From the human T2T-CHM13v2.0 reference genome, Homo sapiens: a stretch of DNA of 64,000 bases. Below, piece by piece: positions 14,058-28,919 of this stretch. Every line of letters starts with the position of its first letter. The first letter of the stretch is position 1. The stretch lies in assembly GCF_009914755.1 (NCBI RefSeq), contig NC_060929.1; one strand, written 5' to 3'. A program made the position numbers and the translations under genes. The notes below the pieces were generated by a model that did not search any database, was not told where the DNA came from, and saw only the letters and a list, made by a program, of their open reading frames with translations.

Positions 14058-15087
14058 TCATCTTACTGCAATTACAATGGCTATTATCATTACTTTCAGA
14101 TAACATCAGAATTGAATGGATAGAATGACTATCATTAAAAAGACAAAAAAGAACAGATGCTGGTGAGGATATAGCGAAAAGGGCACTCTTTTACACAATG
14201 ATTCATGTAAATTAATACAACTGCTAAAAACTATTTGAGATTTTTTTTTTAAAACTAAAAATAAAAAACTAACATACAATCATGTAATCCCAATACTGGA
14301 TATATGTCCAAGGGGAAATAAATCAGTACATCAAAGGGATACCCACACTGGGATGTTTATCACAGCACTATTCACAATACTAAAGACATGGAATCAACCT
14401 AAGTGTCCATTAGCAGATAAATGGATAAAGAAAATGTGGTATATATACAATGGAATATTATTCAGCCTTAAAAAGGAGTAAAATCATGTCATTTGGTGCA
14501 ACATGGATAGAACTGGAGGTCATCATGTTAAGTGAACTAAGCCAGGCACAGAAAGACAAATACTGAATCTTCTCACTGATATGTGGGACCTGAAGTACTC
14601 GATCTCATGGACATAGAGTGTAGAATGATGGTTACCAGAAGCTGGGAAAGGTGTGATGGTGGGAGGAGAAAATGAAAAAAGATCGGTGAATGGCTATATA
14701 TTTACAGTTAGATAGAAGAAGTAAGTTCTAATGTTTGATAGCAGACTAGGGTTCCTATAGTTAGCAACAATATATTGTGTATTTCAAAGTAGTTATAAGA
14801 GAGGGATTGAAATATTACCAACACACAGATAAGTACTCAAGGAGCTGAATACCTCGAACACCCTGACTTGATCATTACACAGTCTACACATGTAAAAATT
14901 ATCACATGTATCCCATAAATACGTAAAATATTATCTATCAATAAAAGGAAACAAAGGCAAAAACAAAGTATAAAATCCTACTGGGCAGGAGGTTATGCTA
15001 TTTGTTAAAGAGCCTAAAATACTACAATGATTAAAAGAAAATTAAATAACAATTATGAATACCACCACTGGCACCAGATCAGCTTAA

Positions 15088-15250
15088 TTTCCTTCCTTCC
15101 TCCCTCCCTCCTCCCCTCCCTTCCTTCCTTCCTTTCTTCCTTCCCTTCCCTTCTTCCTTCCCTCCCTCTCTGAACCTCCCCCTCCCCCTTCCCCCTCTTC
15201 CTTCTTTCTCCCTCCCTCCCTCTCCTTCCTTCCTTCCTCTTTCCTTTCTT

Positions 15251-15280
<30 letters not shown>
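15088..15280. repeat. Polypyrimidine (CCTT/CCCT/CT)n tract derived from an Alu tail
   Basis: Almost pure C/T on the + strand, abutting the 3' end of an Alu. Confidence 0.9.
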
Positions 15281-15287
<7 letters not shown>

Positions 15288-15600
15288 CACAAGGTCTCAT
15301 TCTATCACCCAGACGTACACGTTTCTTTCTTTCACAAGGTCTCATTCTGTCACCCAGACGTGCAGTGGTGCAATCATGGCTCCCTGCAGCCTCAACCTTC
15401 TGGGCTCACATGATCTTCCTGCCTCAGCTCCTGAGTAGCTAGGACTATAGGTGCACATCACCATGCCCAGCTAATTTTTAAAATATTTTTGTGGAGATAG
15501 GGTCCTACTATGTTGCCCAGGCTAGTTGCAAACTCCTAGTCTCAAGCAATCCTTCTGCTTCAGCCTCCCAAAGTACTGGGATTACAGTACTAAACCCAGC
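15281..15600 (-). mobile_element. AluJ with duplicated 3' segment
   Basis: AluJ-type sequence (CTGGGCTCA, TGTTGCCCAGG); 39-bp segment duplicated with 45-bp period. Confidence 0.9.
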
Positions 15601-15809
15601 TTTAATTTTCTATAAATTTAAATCTTGCATCATTTAATCTAAATAAAAGCTGTAGAAAAATTGACATCTGATATACTTCTTAAGCTCTTATGAATAAGAT
15701 GTATTATTGCCCTATAAGACTGTTACCTTCTATATAATAGGAACTATAAATAATCAAGACAAGTAGAATAATTTAATAGAAAAATGGGTAAAACATACAC
15801 ACATTTTGA

Positions 15810-15945
15810 AGCAGTTATTCAACAATTACATTTTCTATGTACTAGGCATTGGGGATAAAGTAGTAAATAAAACAAAGATGGTTCTTGTTTTAATAGAACA
15901 TACATTCTATAAGGAAGACTCTGGCTATAAAGAGGTAAACAGAAT
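15810..15945 (-). mobile_element. L2 3' fragment
   Basis: TTATTCAAC...ATGTACTAGGCATTGGGGATA...AAAACAAAGATGGTTCTTG resembles the L2 3' end. Confidence 0.6.
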
Positions 15946-17587
15946 AGATTTCTGGGCAGCCAAGGTAATAGTGACTGTGTACACTGCAATCACAGTCCTC
16001 TATCCTCCCCAAACTATATAAACTATACAAACTATACAAAGGCATGCAAATTCCATGACTTCGACATAACTAGAAGATACAGAACAATACAAACATCAAA
16101 TTGCCTTTAATTAGAAAATATAAGCACCAATTTCCAGCAGAGGTATTTCTCAAGCTCTCACTCTAACCCTTTGCAAAAGGGAAGGCAGAGTTGTGGGGGC
16201 AATGCCCAGAAGAGTAGAGAACAAAAGGGCTCAGACTAAACTACGGTAACCCCAAGAAGGAGAAAACCACTACCAGTGTGAATGCCAGAATACTGAAAAA
16301 AAAGTTCTAGAAAACCAGAGCAGACTATAAGAAAGGAACTTAACAGTATAAACGAAACTTGAGGAGGTAGTCTTAGAAAGGCTGAAGACAGTTCCAAAAA
16401 GCAGAAGATAAAAGGAAGAGAAAGGAATCTTGCGGGGTAAAGGGAAAAATAAGCAAGAAAGGAAAATTTAAGACCAAAGAAAAACTATTAAAGGACATAC
16501 AATCTTTCTTCTGATTGTCTCTGCAAAAGAGGGTGTTTTTGAACTAACAATTTATAAACCACCCCAAACTGCTATTCTATCCACAAAATGCAAATGTGTA
16601 AGCAATCTTCATCTACACAAACTATTACAAAAGGAAATAGAAAATAGAAAATACTAAAAACACTTGAGTAGATGAATCTTCCAAAAACCAACTATGAATC
16701 AGAAGAAAACTCTAACTCAATATTCCACTCTGAACTAAATATTCTCAAATAAGCATTTAAAAACAAGTTTGAATTATATATTGAAAAACTTAGAATAGAA
16801 ATAGGTAAACAAAACTCCAAAGAACAGAAAGGTTGATTGAACTCATGAGAGAAACAGAAGAAAAAGGCATAATCTATCAGAAATGAAAACCGAGTTATAA
16901 GGACCCAAGGAAAAATAGATTTGAATAAAACTATTTTTAATTCAATTATTACTTATTATTTTAAATAATCCTAGAGAATGAAAGTGAGATAAAGTAAAGA
17001 AAACAGAAAGAGGTTGCAAAAAACAAAATCAAATTACACAAGATTGGAGCTCCTGAAGAAGAAAAATAACACATTAGAACAGAACTAGTATTTAAAACTT
17101 TTATGCAAGAAAACTTCCTGGAAATAAAGAAAAACCTGGATATACAAATTAAAAAGGCCCACTGTGTACCTGGGAAAACACCCTCAACAATGTATTTCGT
17201 GAAATATTCTAGTATATCATTTAAACTTTATTTAAAAAATAAAGGAAAAATCCTCAGGGCACACAAGCAAAATGAGTCCAAAACTTATAAGGCAAGAGAA
17301 TCAGACTGGAATCAGATTTCTCAAAAGAAATATACAAAACAAGGCAATAATGGAGTGTCATTTTCAAGTAACTCAATGAAAGAAAATTATGAACCAGGGA
17401 TTTTATATTAAATATCCTGCCAAGCTCTCGCCCCAATACTGAATACATGAGAAAAAAAAAAGTTTAAATAAGCAAGATCTCAGAAAGTATGTATCCATGA
17501 GCTCTTTTGCAACCATCCACAAGAAGATAAGCTTTATCCAACCAAGAGATCACTGTGGAAACTTCAGAAAAAGGACTTAATGGTGAG

Positions 17588-17977
17588 TGCTATGATTTGA
17601 ATGTGTCCCCTCCAAAATCCAAGTGTTGAAATGTAGTGGCCAATATGATGCTATTAAGAAGTGGAGCCTTTAAGAGACGATTAGGTCATGAGGGCTCCTC
17701 TCCTCATGAATGGGAGTAAGGTCCTTATAAAAGAGGTTTCCCCTCCAGTGTTGGTGGCTTGCTCTTCCATCTTCCCCGATGTGAGGAGGCCGCATTCATT
17801 CCCTCTGGAGGATGCAGCAACAAGGCAACATCTTGGAAGGGGAAAGCAGTCCCACAACCAAACCCGCCCGTACCTTGACCTCGGCTTTCCAGCTGCCAGA
17901 AGTGTGAGAACTTTCTGTTCTTTATAAATTACCCAGATTGTAGTTTTCTATTACAGCAGCACAAAAGGACTAAGACA
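17588..17977 (+). mobile_element. MaLR solo LTR (MST/MLT1A-like)
   Basis: TG...CA termini (TGCTATGATTTGAATGTGTCCCC ... GGACTAAGACA); internal TTAGGTCATGAGGG; ~390 bp. Confidence 0.88.
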
Positions 17978-18184
17978 GGAAACATTTAATATATTTAATG
18001 TATAAAGACTAAAACAAATGTAGATGATAGTTAAAAAATAATCTGTTTAGTATTCTGACGAGGTAGAAATAATGCAACCAAAAAACAGGGAGAGAAAGAG
18101 AAAAATGAGAGCATAACAAGCACATTATTATTAAGTGTGTTAATAATTCAGAGTCAAAGGATATCATTAAAAACTAATAAACCA

Positions 18185-18526
<342 letters not shown>

Positions 18527-19310
18527 TTAAATACGAACACAGGTAACTAGGAGCATTTTAAAGGAGTGGAAGTTCAAAGGTAACCACTACAACAAAACTA
18601 AGACCATTTTAAATATCAAGAGATATTTAAAAATCAAGAGATAGTTAAAAAGAGCAAAGAACACATCATATAGGAAAATTATTAATACAATGCACACACA
18701 GAAATGATAACAATGAATTGAGACCAAACATAAAAATCATATCAATAAACATGAATGAGTCATCTACTAGAAAATATTTTCAGTTGGGTCACAAAGCACT
18801 ATCCAAGTATATGAACACAAGACACACAAGCAGCATTGATAAAAACTGATAAAATATTATGTCACCGAAAAAGCAGCAGTAAATTACGTAACATAGAAAT
18901 TATACAAATAAAACACTGTGATCCCAATGCAATAGAACTATAAATTAATAACTAAATCAAAAGATTAAAAAAGACCCTTCCACCAGGAAATTAAGGGACT
19001 TTTTATACCTTTCATACAGCTGTTGTATGAAAAGGAAATAAAGTCAAAATTACAGAATTTCCAGAAATAATAATGAAAACATTAAATATCAGAATCTATG
19101 GGATATACTTAAAGCAATGATCAGAGGAAGACCTACAGCCTGAAACACATATATAAATAAAAGTGAAAGAATGAAAAAAAGGAATTAAATCCCCTTTCAA
19201 AATGCTAAAAAAATAAAAAACAAAGCACAAGGCAGGAATAAATAAGATAAAAACAGAAATTCATCAGGTAAATTCATAAGTGGCACTTACTAGTTAATCA
19301 AAATTTTGTG

Positions 19311-19610
<300 letters not shown>

Positions 19611-19643
19611 AAAATCTTTTTTTTTTTATGTATGAAAAAAAAA

Positions 19644-19952
<309 letters not shown>

Positions 19953-20052
19953 TCACAAAGTAGACACATCACTACTAACTTTAGGTAATCAAAAAAGACA
20001 ATGAGAAAGAACAAGTATATCAAATAAGAAGTATAAGACTTCCCATTGAATA

Positions 20053-21102
20053 CAGTCATGCACAGCATGACAATGCATGACAATGTTTTGATCAACCATG
20101 AACAGCATATGCAACAGTGGTCCCATAAGATTATAAGGGAGCTGAAAAACTCCTATCACCCAGCAGCTGCCATATCATCACAGCACAATGCCGTACTCAT
20201 GTGTTTGTGGTGATGCCGATATAAATAAATCTACCGTGCTGTCAGCTGTATAAATGCATAGCACATACAATTATGTATAGTACATAATACTTAATAAAAA
20301 TAAATGGCCATGTCACTGGTTTATATATTTATTATACTATACTATTTATTACTATTCAAGTTATTTTAGAGTGTACTCCTTCTACTTATTTAAAAAAACA
20401 TTAATTATCTGACAGCCCCAGGCAGGTCCTTCAGGGGGTATTCCAGAAGAAGGCATTGTTATCATAGGAGATGACAGCTCCATGCCTGTTATTGCCCTTG
20501 AAGACCTTCTAGTGGGACAAGATGTGGAGGTAGAAAACAGTGATATTGATGATCCCAACCTTGTGTAGGCATCAGCTAATATGTGTGTTTGTGTCTTCGT
20601 TTTTTAAAAGAAGTTTAAAAAGTTTTAAAAACATTTTTTAATAGGAAGAAAGGTTACAGACTAAGGATATAAAGAAAATAGTTTTCTACAGCTGAATACA
20701 TGTTTATGTTTGCAGCTATTACAAAAAAGTAAAAAGTTAAAAAAATTTTAAATGTTTATGAAGTTAAAATGTTACAGTAAGCTAAGGCTAATTTATTATT
20801 GAAGAAATAACATTTTAAAAAATAAATGTAGTGTAGTCTAAGTGCAGTGTTGATAAAGTCTACAGCAGTGTATGGTAATATCTTAGGTCTTCAAATTCAC
20901 TCACCACTCACTCACTGACCCACCCAGAGCAACTTCCAGTCCTACAGTTCCATTCATGATAAGTGTCCTATTCAAGTGTACAATTTTTACCTTTTCTACT
21001 GTATTTTTACTGTACCTTTTCTATCGTTTCTACTGTATTTTTACTCTACCTTTTCTGTGTTTAGATGTGCTTAGATACAAATACATGAATACTTACCACT
21101 GT
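20053..21102. mobile_element. Tigger3/MER7 (TcMar-Tigger) DNA transposon, one end missing
   Basis: TA|CAGTCATGC terminus and GGTCCCATAAGATTATAA..GAGCTGAAAAA; second TIR not seen. Confidence 0.85.
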
Positions 21103-21132
21103 CTTACGAGGGAGGGAGGGAAAAGAAGGGAA

Positions 21133-21135
<3 letters not shown>

Positions 21136-21168
<33 letters not shown>
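21136..21168. repeat. (GA)n microsatellite
   Basis: ~16 GA units. Confidence 0.95.
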
Positions 21169-21173
<5 letters not shown>

Positions 21174-21404
21174 AGCCATCCAGAATAAAACAAAGCAAAT
21201 ATAGCCAAAATGACATTTGGGGAATGTAAGTAAAGGGTATATAAAAAATTTCTGTATTATTCTTGCAACTTTTCTGTAAGACTGAAATTATTTCAAAATA
21301 AAAAGTTTAACTAAAGAACTTATTTATGTAACCAAACACTGCCTGTTCCCAAAAACCTATTGAAATAAAAATAAATAGCTTAAAAACAAAATAGAAATAA
21401 AAAA

Positions 21405-21650
21405 CAAGATCATTTCAGCTAGTGATAAGTACTAAAAGGAAAATAAAAAATGGTAATACTACAAAAAATACCTGGGATGGGGTGTGGGGACTGTAGCATA
21501 GTCCTTAAATTGGGAAGTCAGAGAAATTAACATCTGAACTAAGACCTAAACTAAAAATAGAAGCCAGCCATCTGAAGATTTGGGCAAAGAATTCCAGGCA
21601 AAGATATTCCACATGCTCTAAGGTGAAAATGCACTCGTGACTTCAAGATA
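21405..21650 (-). mobile_element. L2 fragment
   Basis: CATCTGAACTAAGACCTAAA...AGCCAGCCAT...ATTCCAGGCAAAG is typical of L2. Confidence 0.6.
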
Positions 21651-22754
21651 CAGGTAAAGACTAAATGCATGTGAAAAATTGTTCAATGTTATTCATAATT
21701 TAAAAATTAACTAAATAGTTGAGTCACTTCATTTCTTAAGAGATGGCAAAGAACGGGTCCAGGGGGTACCAATATCCAGTGGGTACCCTGCTTTTCCAGA
21801 TGTCAATTTCCCAGCATAAGAAATTTTAAAACATTGACACCAAGCAATTCTTGTTTGAAAGTTTATCTTAAAGAAATAATCAGAAAGGCAAAGATTTATG
21901 AAAAAGGTTGTAATATTATTTATTTATAGCATAACACTGGAAACAACATAAACTGCCATTACTATAGGAATGCTGGAAGAAAACTATGATACCTCTATAT
22001 GGGAGAATTCTATGCAGCCATTGGGCTTATGACATAAAGTTAGATAAAAATGTATACAAACAAAAAATGGTATCTATATCCATCTCTTATAAAGAAAATA
22101 TTATCTAAACCAACACTGGGACAAGGAAATGCCAGTTACCTTGCCTTAAGATGACAGGATTATGATTTTTTTAATATTATGGAATTATGATTTTATACTA
22201 ACCTTGCTAAGTACATTTTTTGAAATTTTTCTAATTTTTTTTACAATGGGCATGTTTTTCATAGACATTTATAACAGAAATATCCAAATATTGCCAAATA
22301 TCAAAAACTCATAAATTAGAAAAACTGTAGCACGGTATCCTTAATTTACCAATAACTATACATTTTCTATCCACATTCAACTCTAAATACTAATCCAACT
22401 CTAAATACTGCAATTTCAGGATTCTTTTCCAAGGAATTTAATGATCCCAATTTTCTGTACTGAACTTATGAATGGAGTTCAAGGGTGCTGGGACCTTTGA
22501 TAAACAGGAGATGTTTCTGTGGGAGGGAGAAGGCTGCAGAGGAGGAAATTTCTTTGAATTGGAAAAAATATGTTATTTTCTGTAGCTTGTTCTTTTAGAA
22601 TTCATCCTCAGGTTTTCTAAAAGCTTCCCTGTCCTGTTCTAGGTAGGTTGTTTTGATAATATTTTTGATATTCAGTGAAAGGATGGGTAAGAATTATATT
22701 CACAATTTCAAGTGCCAGCTATAAAATTCAATTACTGCTCTATCAATGATGAAA

Positions 22755-23050
22755 TCCATTCATTCATACATTTATTGAGAAAGGGTCTCATTCTGTCACC
22801 CAGGCTGGAGTGCAGTGGTGTGATCATAGCTCACTGCAACTCCCAACTCAAGCGAGGCTCAAGTGATCCAAGCAGCTGGGACTACAGGTGCACACCACCA
22901 CTCCCAGCTAATTCTACTGTTTCATTTTTTTGTAGATGCAGCATTTCGCTATGTTGCCCAGGTTGGCCTTGAACTCCTGGCCTCAAGAGATCTTCCTGCC
23001 TCAACCTCCCAAAGCACTGGGATTATAGGCATAAGCAACTATGCCTGGCT
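22755..23050 (-). mobile_element. AluJ (diverged)
   Basis: Alu motifs with degenerate tail. Confidence 0.9.
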
Positions 23051-23204
23051 TCAAATACATTTAGAATTATCAACATTAGAAATTTGATATAAATATATCA
23101 TCTCTTTGTTTCTCTTCATAAGTGAGACAATGTAAATGTGTATATAACTGAAAATACTTTTTAAAAGAATCATTAAGGATGACTTGACTGTTTGTTGCTT
23201 GAAG

Positions 23205-23410
23205 AAGTGTGGTAATGCAGAAAGAACGGACTTTGGAATAAAATAAATCTAGGCCTCATTACTTTCTAGCTAAGTGCCTTAATTAAACTTGTTAACACCT
23301 TTGAACTGCTGTCTTCTCTTTGAAAATGGGGATACCTCACCTGCTACTGTGAGAATTAGAGCTAATGTAAGTTAAGTGCTTAACATATGCTTGAATCATC
23401 GCAAGTACCC
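23205..23410 (+). mobile_element. MIR
   Basis: Degenerate MIR core (TGAAAATGGGGATA..GTGAGAATTAGAG..AAGTGCTTA). Confidence 0.6.
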
Positions 23411-23499
23411 GAAACCCAAAACAAACGAAAGACAAAACTTGACTGAATTTCCCCCTTTCTTCCAGCCCTGATTCCATGCTTCATATTTAAGTTCTACAT

Positions 23500-23680
23500 C
23501 AGGATTTCTCAACCTTGGCATTATTGACATTTTGGGTTGGATAATCTGATTCTTAGCAGCATCTCTGGCTTTGTCTACTAGATATCAGTGGCGCTCCACT
23601 AATTGTGAAAATAAAAAATGTTTGCACACATTGCTAAATGTCCCCTGGGCTTCAAAAGTGCCCCAAGTTGATGACCACTA
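23500..23680. mobile_element. MER20 (hAT-Charlie)
   Basis: TTTCTCAACCTTGGCA.TATTGACATTTTGGG ... CATTGCTAAATGTCCCCTGGG ... GTTGA.GACCACT. Confidence 0.8.
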
Positions 23681-23894
23681 ATCTATATAGACGACTAAAA
23701 TATACAAACGGCATTTAATAGGGCCAACCAAAACAAGTGATCTCATTTTTCCCAGACTACTGAAAGCCAGTGATGGGAAGGGGAGAGGTAAATATTCCAT
23801 TTTATATAAGGAATCTGTTTATTTCATGAAGGATTATTATGAAGGGGTTTAAAGCCCATGTCTTTGACTACTAAAATAATGTATTTTGACCATT

Positions 23895-24095
23895 ATCTTA
23901 GTGGTCAAAGATTTGGATTTTAAAATTTGACTGTCTCCATTTAAATATAGGTTGGACAAGTTAACCTCTCCAAGCTTCAGTTTCTTCATCTGGGTTATTA
24001 TGACTGTTACATGGATTAAATGCATAATACAGGTAAAGTGCTAAGCCCAGTGTCCGATATGTTGCAAGCACTCAATAAATGTTGGCTGTTCTTAT
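23895..24095 (+). mobile_element. MIR
   Basis: GGACAAGTTAACCTCTC..CTTCAGTTTCTTCATCTG ... AAGCACTCAATAAATGTT. Confidence 0.75.
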
Positions 24096-24552
24096 TATAA
24101 TCTAGGTCCTCTTTCCAATCCTGGGCTTTCAGGTCCCTCTTATTATGCCTTATCTCAGATTCCTCACTCTATACATATACTTATTTCTACTCCAAAGTCA
24201 TCCTAACCCTTCTTTATTGAGGCACCTAACGCTGAGGGTGTAAGAAAACTGCCTGAGCTGGCAAGAGAAGACTTTGGTAATAAATTCTGAGAAATCTTCC
24301 CTTACCATGTCTGACTATCACTGACACATGATGTTTTTTGTACACTGGAATCAGGAAGAATACTATTTATGCAGAAAAAAGTGAGTAAAATTAATTACAC
24401 TGAAGAACGAAAAGTACTAACTTGTGTTCCATTAGGGCACAACTATTGGTATAATTCATACATTAGTACATTGTAAAATAATAATAATAATAATAATAAT
24501 GTTCCCAAATTGAATGAAATCAATTTGCAAATTTTTCTTTAAATTCAGGGTT

Positions 24553-24730
24553 TTCTTTCTTTCTCTCTCTCTTTCTTTTTATTAAGACAGGATCCCACTC
24601 TGTTCCAGGCTGCAGTATAGTGGTGTGATTATGACTCATTGCAGCCTCAACCTCCTGGGCTCAAGTGATCCTCCTCCTCAGCATCCCAAAGTGCTGAAAT
24701 TACAAGTATGAGCCACCATGCCCAAACCCA
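24553..24730 (-). mobile_element. Alu monomer (FRAM-like or recombined)
   Basis: Right-arm start joined to a left-arm-type end in one ~160-bp monomer. Confidence 0.8.
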
Positions 24731-25003
24731 GAGTATTTTTTTTTAATTAAAAGTAGAAATTTCCAAAAGGATTTACTAAATAATTTACAATTTATAAATG
24801 ACCATCTATGATAATTATAAGCTACATAGATGAAGTTATCAAGTAACTTTTTAAAAATCAAAGATTAGGCATGAATCAGAAGTCCCGGAAAAGAAAAATG
24901 ACCAAAAACCTACAAAATGGAGTCTCAGAAAAAAAGTCAGTGCTATGTGAAAAAATGATGCCTTTCTATGCAGAAGTGAATAACAATTTTTACTACAGCT
25001 CAC

Positions 25004-25084
25004 CTGTAGTTTCTGAGTCAAAGAATCCCTCTGTTCTTGTAGTTCTCTGGCATTATCAATTTCTTGTTTTAACCTTTCTATTTC
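25004..25084 (-). CDS. HOMER1: HOMER1 exon 8, 27 aa EIERLKQEIDNARELQEQRDSLTQKLQ
   Basis: Acceptor tctgtcttttctag|GAA, donor CAG|gtgagc; 81 nt, phase 0-0; read manually (not in the ORF track). Confidence 0.96.
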
Positions 25085-25707
25085 CTAGAAAAGACAGAGC
25101 AATGTCTTAACATTCAAACTATATCAAGGCAAGGGAAGGTCTTGTTTTTCCCTGAAATTATTGTTCTAGTTCTTAGAAAAAGATGATTTTAAAAACATTC
25201 CTTCATATTGACTTTTAGAGGGATGAATTCATCTTTATATGTATGTTGTCTAGAACAATAATCTTAAGCAACAGCAACAAGTCTAACTTGGTGCTTCTGG
25301 TACAGCAATGCTTAGAAATAACAACCTGAACATTTTAATGTTGCTTCAAGCTTTGTGGATATAATTCTTTCCTAAGATATTAAAGTTTTGACTGGAACCC
25401 AGAGAAACCAACAGCTTTTAAAATCCATTTAACCCCTAATGATTTTCTGTTGACTGTATAAATGCAACTCTCATCTGGAAGGCAACAGGTGGTATCTCGG
25501 TCTGACTGCCTCACCACAGTTCATAATAACAGAAATAAGGATAGAGAAAATATGAGCAAGCTTAATACCACTCAAGAAAAATTTCATCCTAAAAAAGAGG
25601 TCACAACCTGACTTTATTCCATAAAATACTTTTAAATTTGACATGGAATCTAATACTTTGTACAAACATGTTAGCTAGATTACAGATGAGTAAAAAGCAG
25701 CAAATAC

Positions 25708-25818
25708 CTCTTCCTTCAGTTTCAGTGTCTCTTCCAGTTCTTGTATTGTCTGATTTAATTCTGTCTTATGAGTATGTACTGCATTTGCTTGGCTACTAAC
25801 ACATTCAAGTTCAGTCAC
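25708..25818 (-). CDS. HOMER1: HOMER1 exon 7, 37 aa VTELECVSSQANAVHTHKTELNQTIQELEETLKLKEE
   Basis: Acceptor catttaattttag|GTG, donor GAG|gtattt; 111 nt, phase 0-0; read manually. Confidence 0.96.
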
Positions 25819-26489
25819 CTAAAATTAAATGAGAACACAGATTAACTTAAATTTCAACTTTAAAGAGTTTCTTGCTAAATACATAGCCCCAAATAAGTGA
25901 ATAGTATATTCTGAATAAATATATAAAAATTAATTTTGAGAAATATTAAGACACTCAAGGTAGAGTGAATAGATTCTTCAAAGATATAAAACTAGGAAAA
26001 GGGAAAAATAATCATTTACATGGCTTAGTCATAGAAAGGTTAGGATAACTTAAATTAAGTGATTAATGACAGTAGAGAATCCCTATAATGAAAGTCTTCT
26101 GTAAAAATTTCTTCCAAAAACATATTCAAGATCAGATATGACCATCTGTCCTTCATCTGTAGCCTTCAAATTCAATATGGGTTCTGAAAACTGGCCTTGC
26201 AGAAGTGAGAATTTTTTCAAATACATTTCCAACATGTAAGAGAATCTGGAAGAGAAAATAGGCTTAAAATACAACTTAAATCATTAGATACTGGAATGAC
26301 TTTACATCAACAGTGTCTCTTACGGGTAAGATAAAATTTTGTTAGTCAATAAGAATTTACTGGGGGCCCAAAGAGTAATATAACTTTTAATGAGCACTTG
26401 GTATTTTTTGAGAGAACAGAGAGGGGCACTGTCCTTCAAGTTATACCATCTAAAACTAGAATCAGCAATAGACAGAAGTCAATATAAAT

Positions 26490-26525
26490 ACACACACACA
26501 CACACACACACATGCACACACACAC
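26490..26525. repeat. (CA)n microsatellite, interrupted
   Basis: CA run with a TG interruption. Confidence 0.9.
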
Positions 26526-28265
26526 CCTATCACAGTTCTTTACATATATCATGTGCTCATAAAATTTTGGTTTACTAGAAGATAGTAAATTCTAGACTAT
26601 TAAAGAAACAGAGTAAATCCCTCTCCCTGGCATTTTCCAAATATCAAATTACCCTCTACATTCTGTGATTCTCTCTCTTATATAATTTTCTTCCTTTCTT
26701 CTCATGTACTAATAGCCTCGTTACAAACCCTTATCATCCAGACCTGAACAAAACCAACAGCCTCCCAGTGGACTTAATTATAATCTTTTTTTTGTCTATT
26801 CTGCAAATTGCTAAGATTCATCTTTCATTCCTGTGATTCCACCATTCAAAGACTTTCAGCAGCTCATCTTTTTTACGGTATCAGATCTAAACGCTCAGAT
26901 CCTCTGTATATTGGCCCCAACCTTCTCAACCATCCACACTGCCCAAGATACTCAGTGAGTACTTCCAACTAAAAGCAGGCAAATCTCCTTGTCCTAAGAA
27001 CAAGTGATATTCATTCCCAACTTGTTGATTTAACTAGAATGTCCTCTCTTGCCTCTGAAAACCACTCGGACCTAACCGAACCCTTAACTCTTAGCTCAGC
27101 ATGTGCTTTCTCCAGAAAGCCATTCCTATCTGCTCAAGTCTTCAAGGCTCTCCTCTGGTTCACAAAACCAAGCATCTGTTCAAAAATCTTGGGAATTATT
27201 TCACTTATTGTTTAATGTGTATTTGTTTTGTCTCATTATATAATAAATTCCTTAAAGGGAGTTCCAATTCTGATAATGATGAAATAGTTTTTATTGGAGT
27301 AACTTTCCTATAGGTAACAATTGCAAATTGTGGGCAAAATGTAAAAGTCAACTGTTTGAAGGACCTGGTGAGTAACCAAATTGGGCAAAAGACTGCAAGA
27401 AAGCAGTCACTTTGGGTGATTTCCACATCTTTTTGCCTGAAGGTACTCTGCAGTCTGGCTGCATTGCTTGACTGAACAAGCAGAAATCCATAGTCTTATT
27501 TCTCTGAGAAGCCTGAGAATTTTAGGACTCTGCAGAACACCTGGCACAACTAGGAGTAGGAAAAGAGCTGGAAGGCTGAAAGAACTAAACTGCGATGGTG
27601 CTCAACAGAGATGACAGTTTGAAGTTCTGCTAGTCCCTGCTAAATTAGAGGGCCTTGGTAAATACCTCAAGCTTTGCAGTGAAACTTTGGAAAGGGTTAT
27701 GTCTTAGAGATAAAGATTTCCTAGGACAATGTGATTTACCCTAGGGTTACAGCAAAATTGAAATACATGAATTCTAACAAAGCATAAGTACACAACTCCA
27801 CAAATTCAAGATAATCTCCAAATAACTGCCTGTTGAAACAAAAACTCAACATTATTCAAAAATAACAAAATCTGTGGTCTCTACAACATCTCATTTGCAA
27901 TGTCCAATACAAAATTAAAAATGACTAGTCATTTTTCTGAAAAAACAGTAAAATGTAACTTATAATCAAGACAAAATTTATCTAAATAAAAGTGGAGATA
28001 ATTTGTTGGCAGTACACTTGGAGTACAAAAACTGCTCAAGGAGGTTATTCAGGCTGAAGGGAAACAATACCTGATAGAAATTCAGATCTACAGGAAAGAA
28101 GCACAATGGAAACTGAAAATATGTGAGTAAATAAATATATTATGTTTCTTAAGTTCTTTAATATTCAATTGACTATTTAAAGAGAAAATTTCTTAAGGGC
28201 AGAGATTACACAATAAGGAGACATGATAGCTCCTTAATATTTTCTGGCTATGACAATTGTCATAA

Positions 28266-28450
28266 ATTTTTTTTTTGTGGTAAAAAACATATATCATAAA
28301 ATTTATCATCTTAGTCATTTTAAGTGTATAGTTCAATAGTGTTAAGTATTTATATTCACATTGCTGTGAAACAGATCTCCAGAACTTTTTTAACTTGCAA
28401 AACTGTAAGTCTATACCCATTAAACAACTCTCCTTTCCCCCACCTCTCTT
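28266..28450 (-). mobile_element. L1MB-type 3' end fragment
   Basis: Poly-T then CATAAAATTTATCATCTTA...CAGATCTCCAGAACTTTTT...CCCATTAAACAACTC. Confidence 0.8.
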
Positions 28451-28524
28451 AAGTTAATTTTTACACACAGGATAGAATAACATTTACTCAAGTTTCTAAC
28501 ATTTCCACTCTGTCTCAACTGCAT

Positions 28525-28838
28525 TTCCTTTTCTTTCTTTTTTTTTTTTTTTCTGAGATAAGGCCTTGCTCTGTTACCCAAGCTGGAGTATGCAGTGGCG
28601 TGATCTCAGCTCACTTTAGCCTCTGCCTCCTGGGCTCAAGTGATGTTCCCACCTCAGCCTCCTAAGTAGTTGGAACTATAGGGACATGCCATCACACCCA
28701 TCTAATTTTTGTATTTTTAGTGGAGATGGGGTTTCACCATGTTGCCCAGGCTGGTCTTGAACTCCTGGGCTCAAGCAATCCATCCTCCTTAGCCTCCCAA
28801 AGTGCTGGGATTATAGGTGTGAGCCAATGTGCCCAGCT
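28525..28838 (-). mobile_element. AluJ
   Basis: Dimeric Alu. Confidence 0.93.
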
Positions 28839-28919
28839 TGGAATTTTTTTTAAAAGGAGAAATTAAAGGCATCTGTTGGGTGAAGCACTTCTATGCCTTG
28901 AATTAAAAAAAAAAAAACT

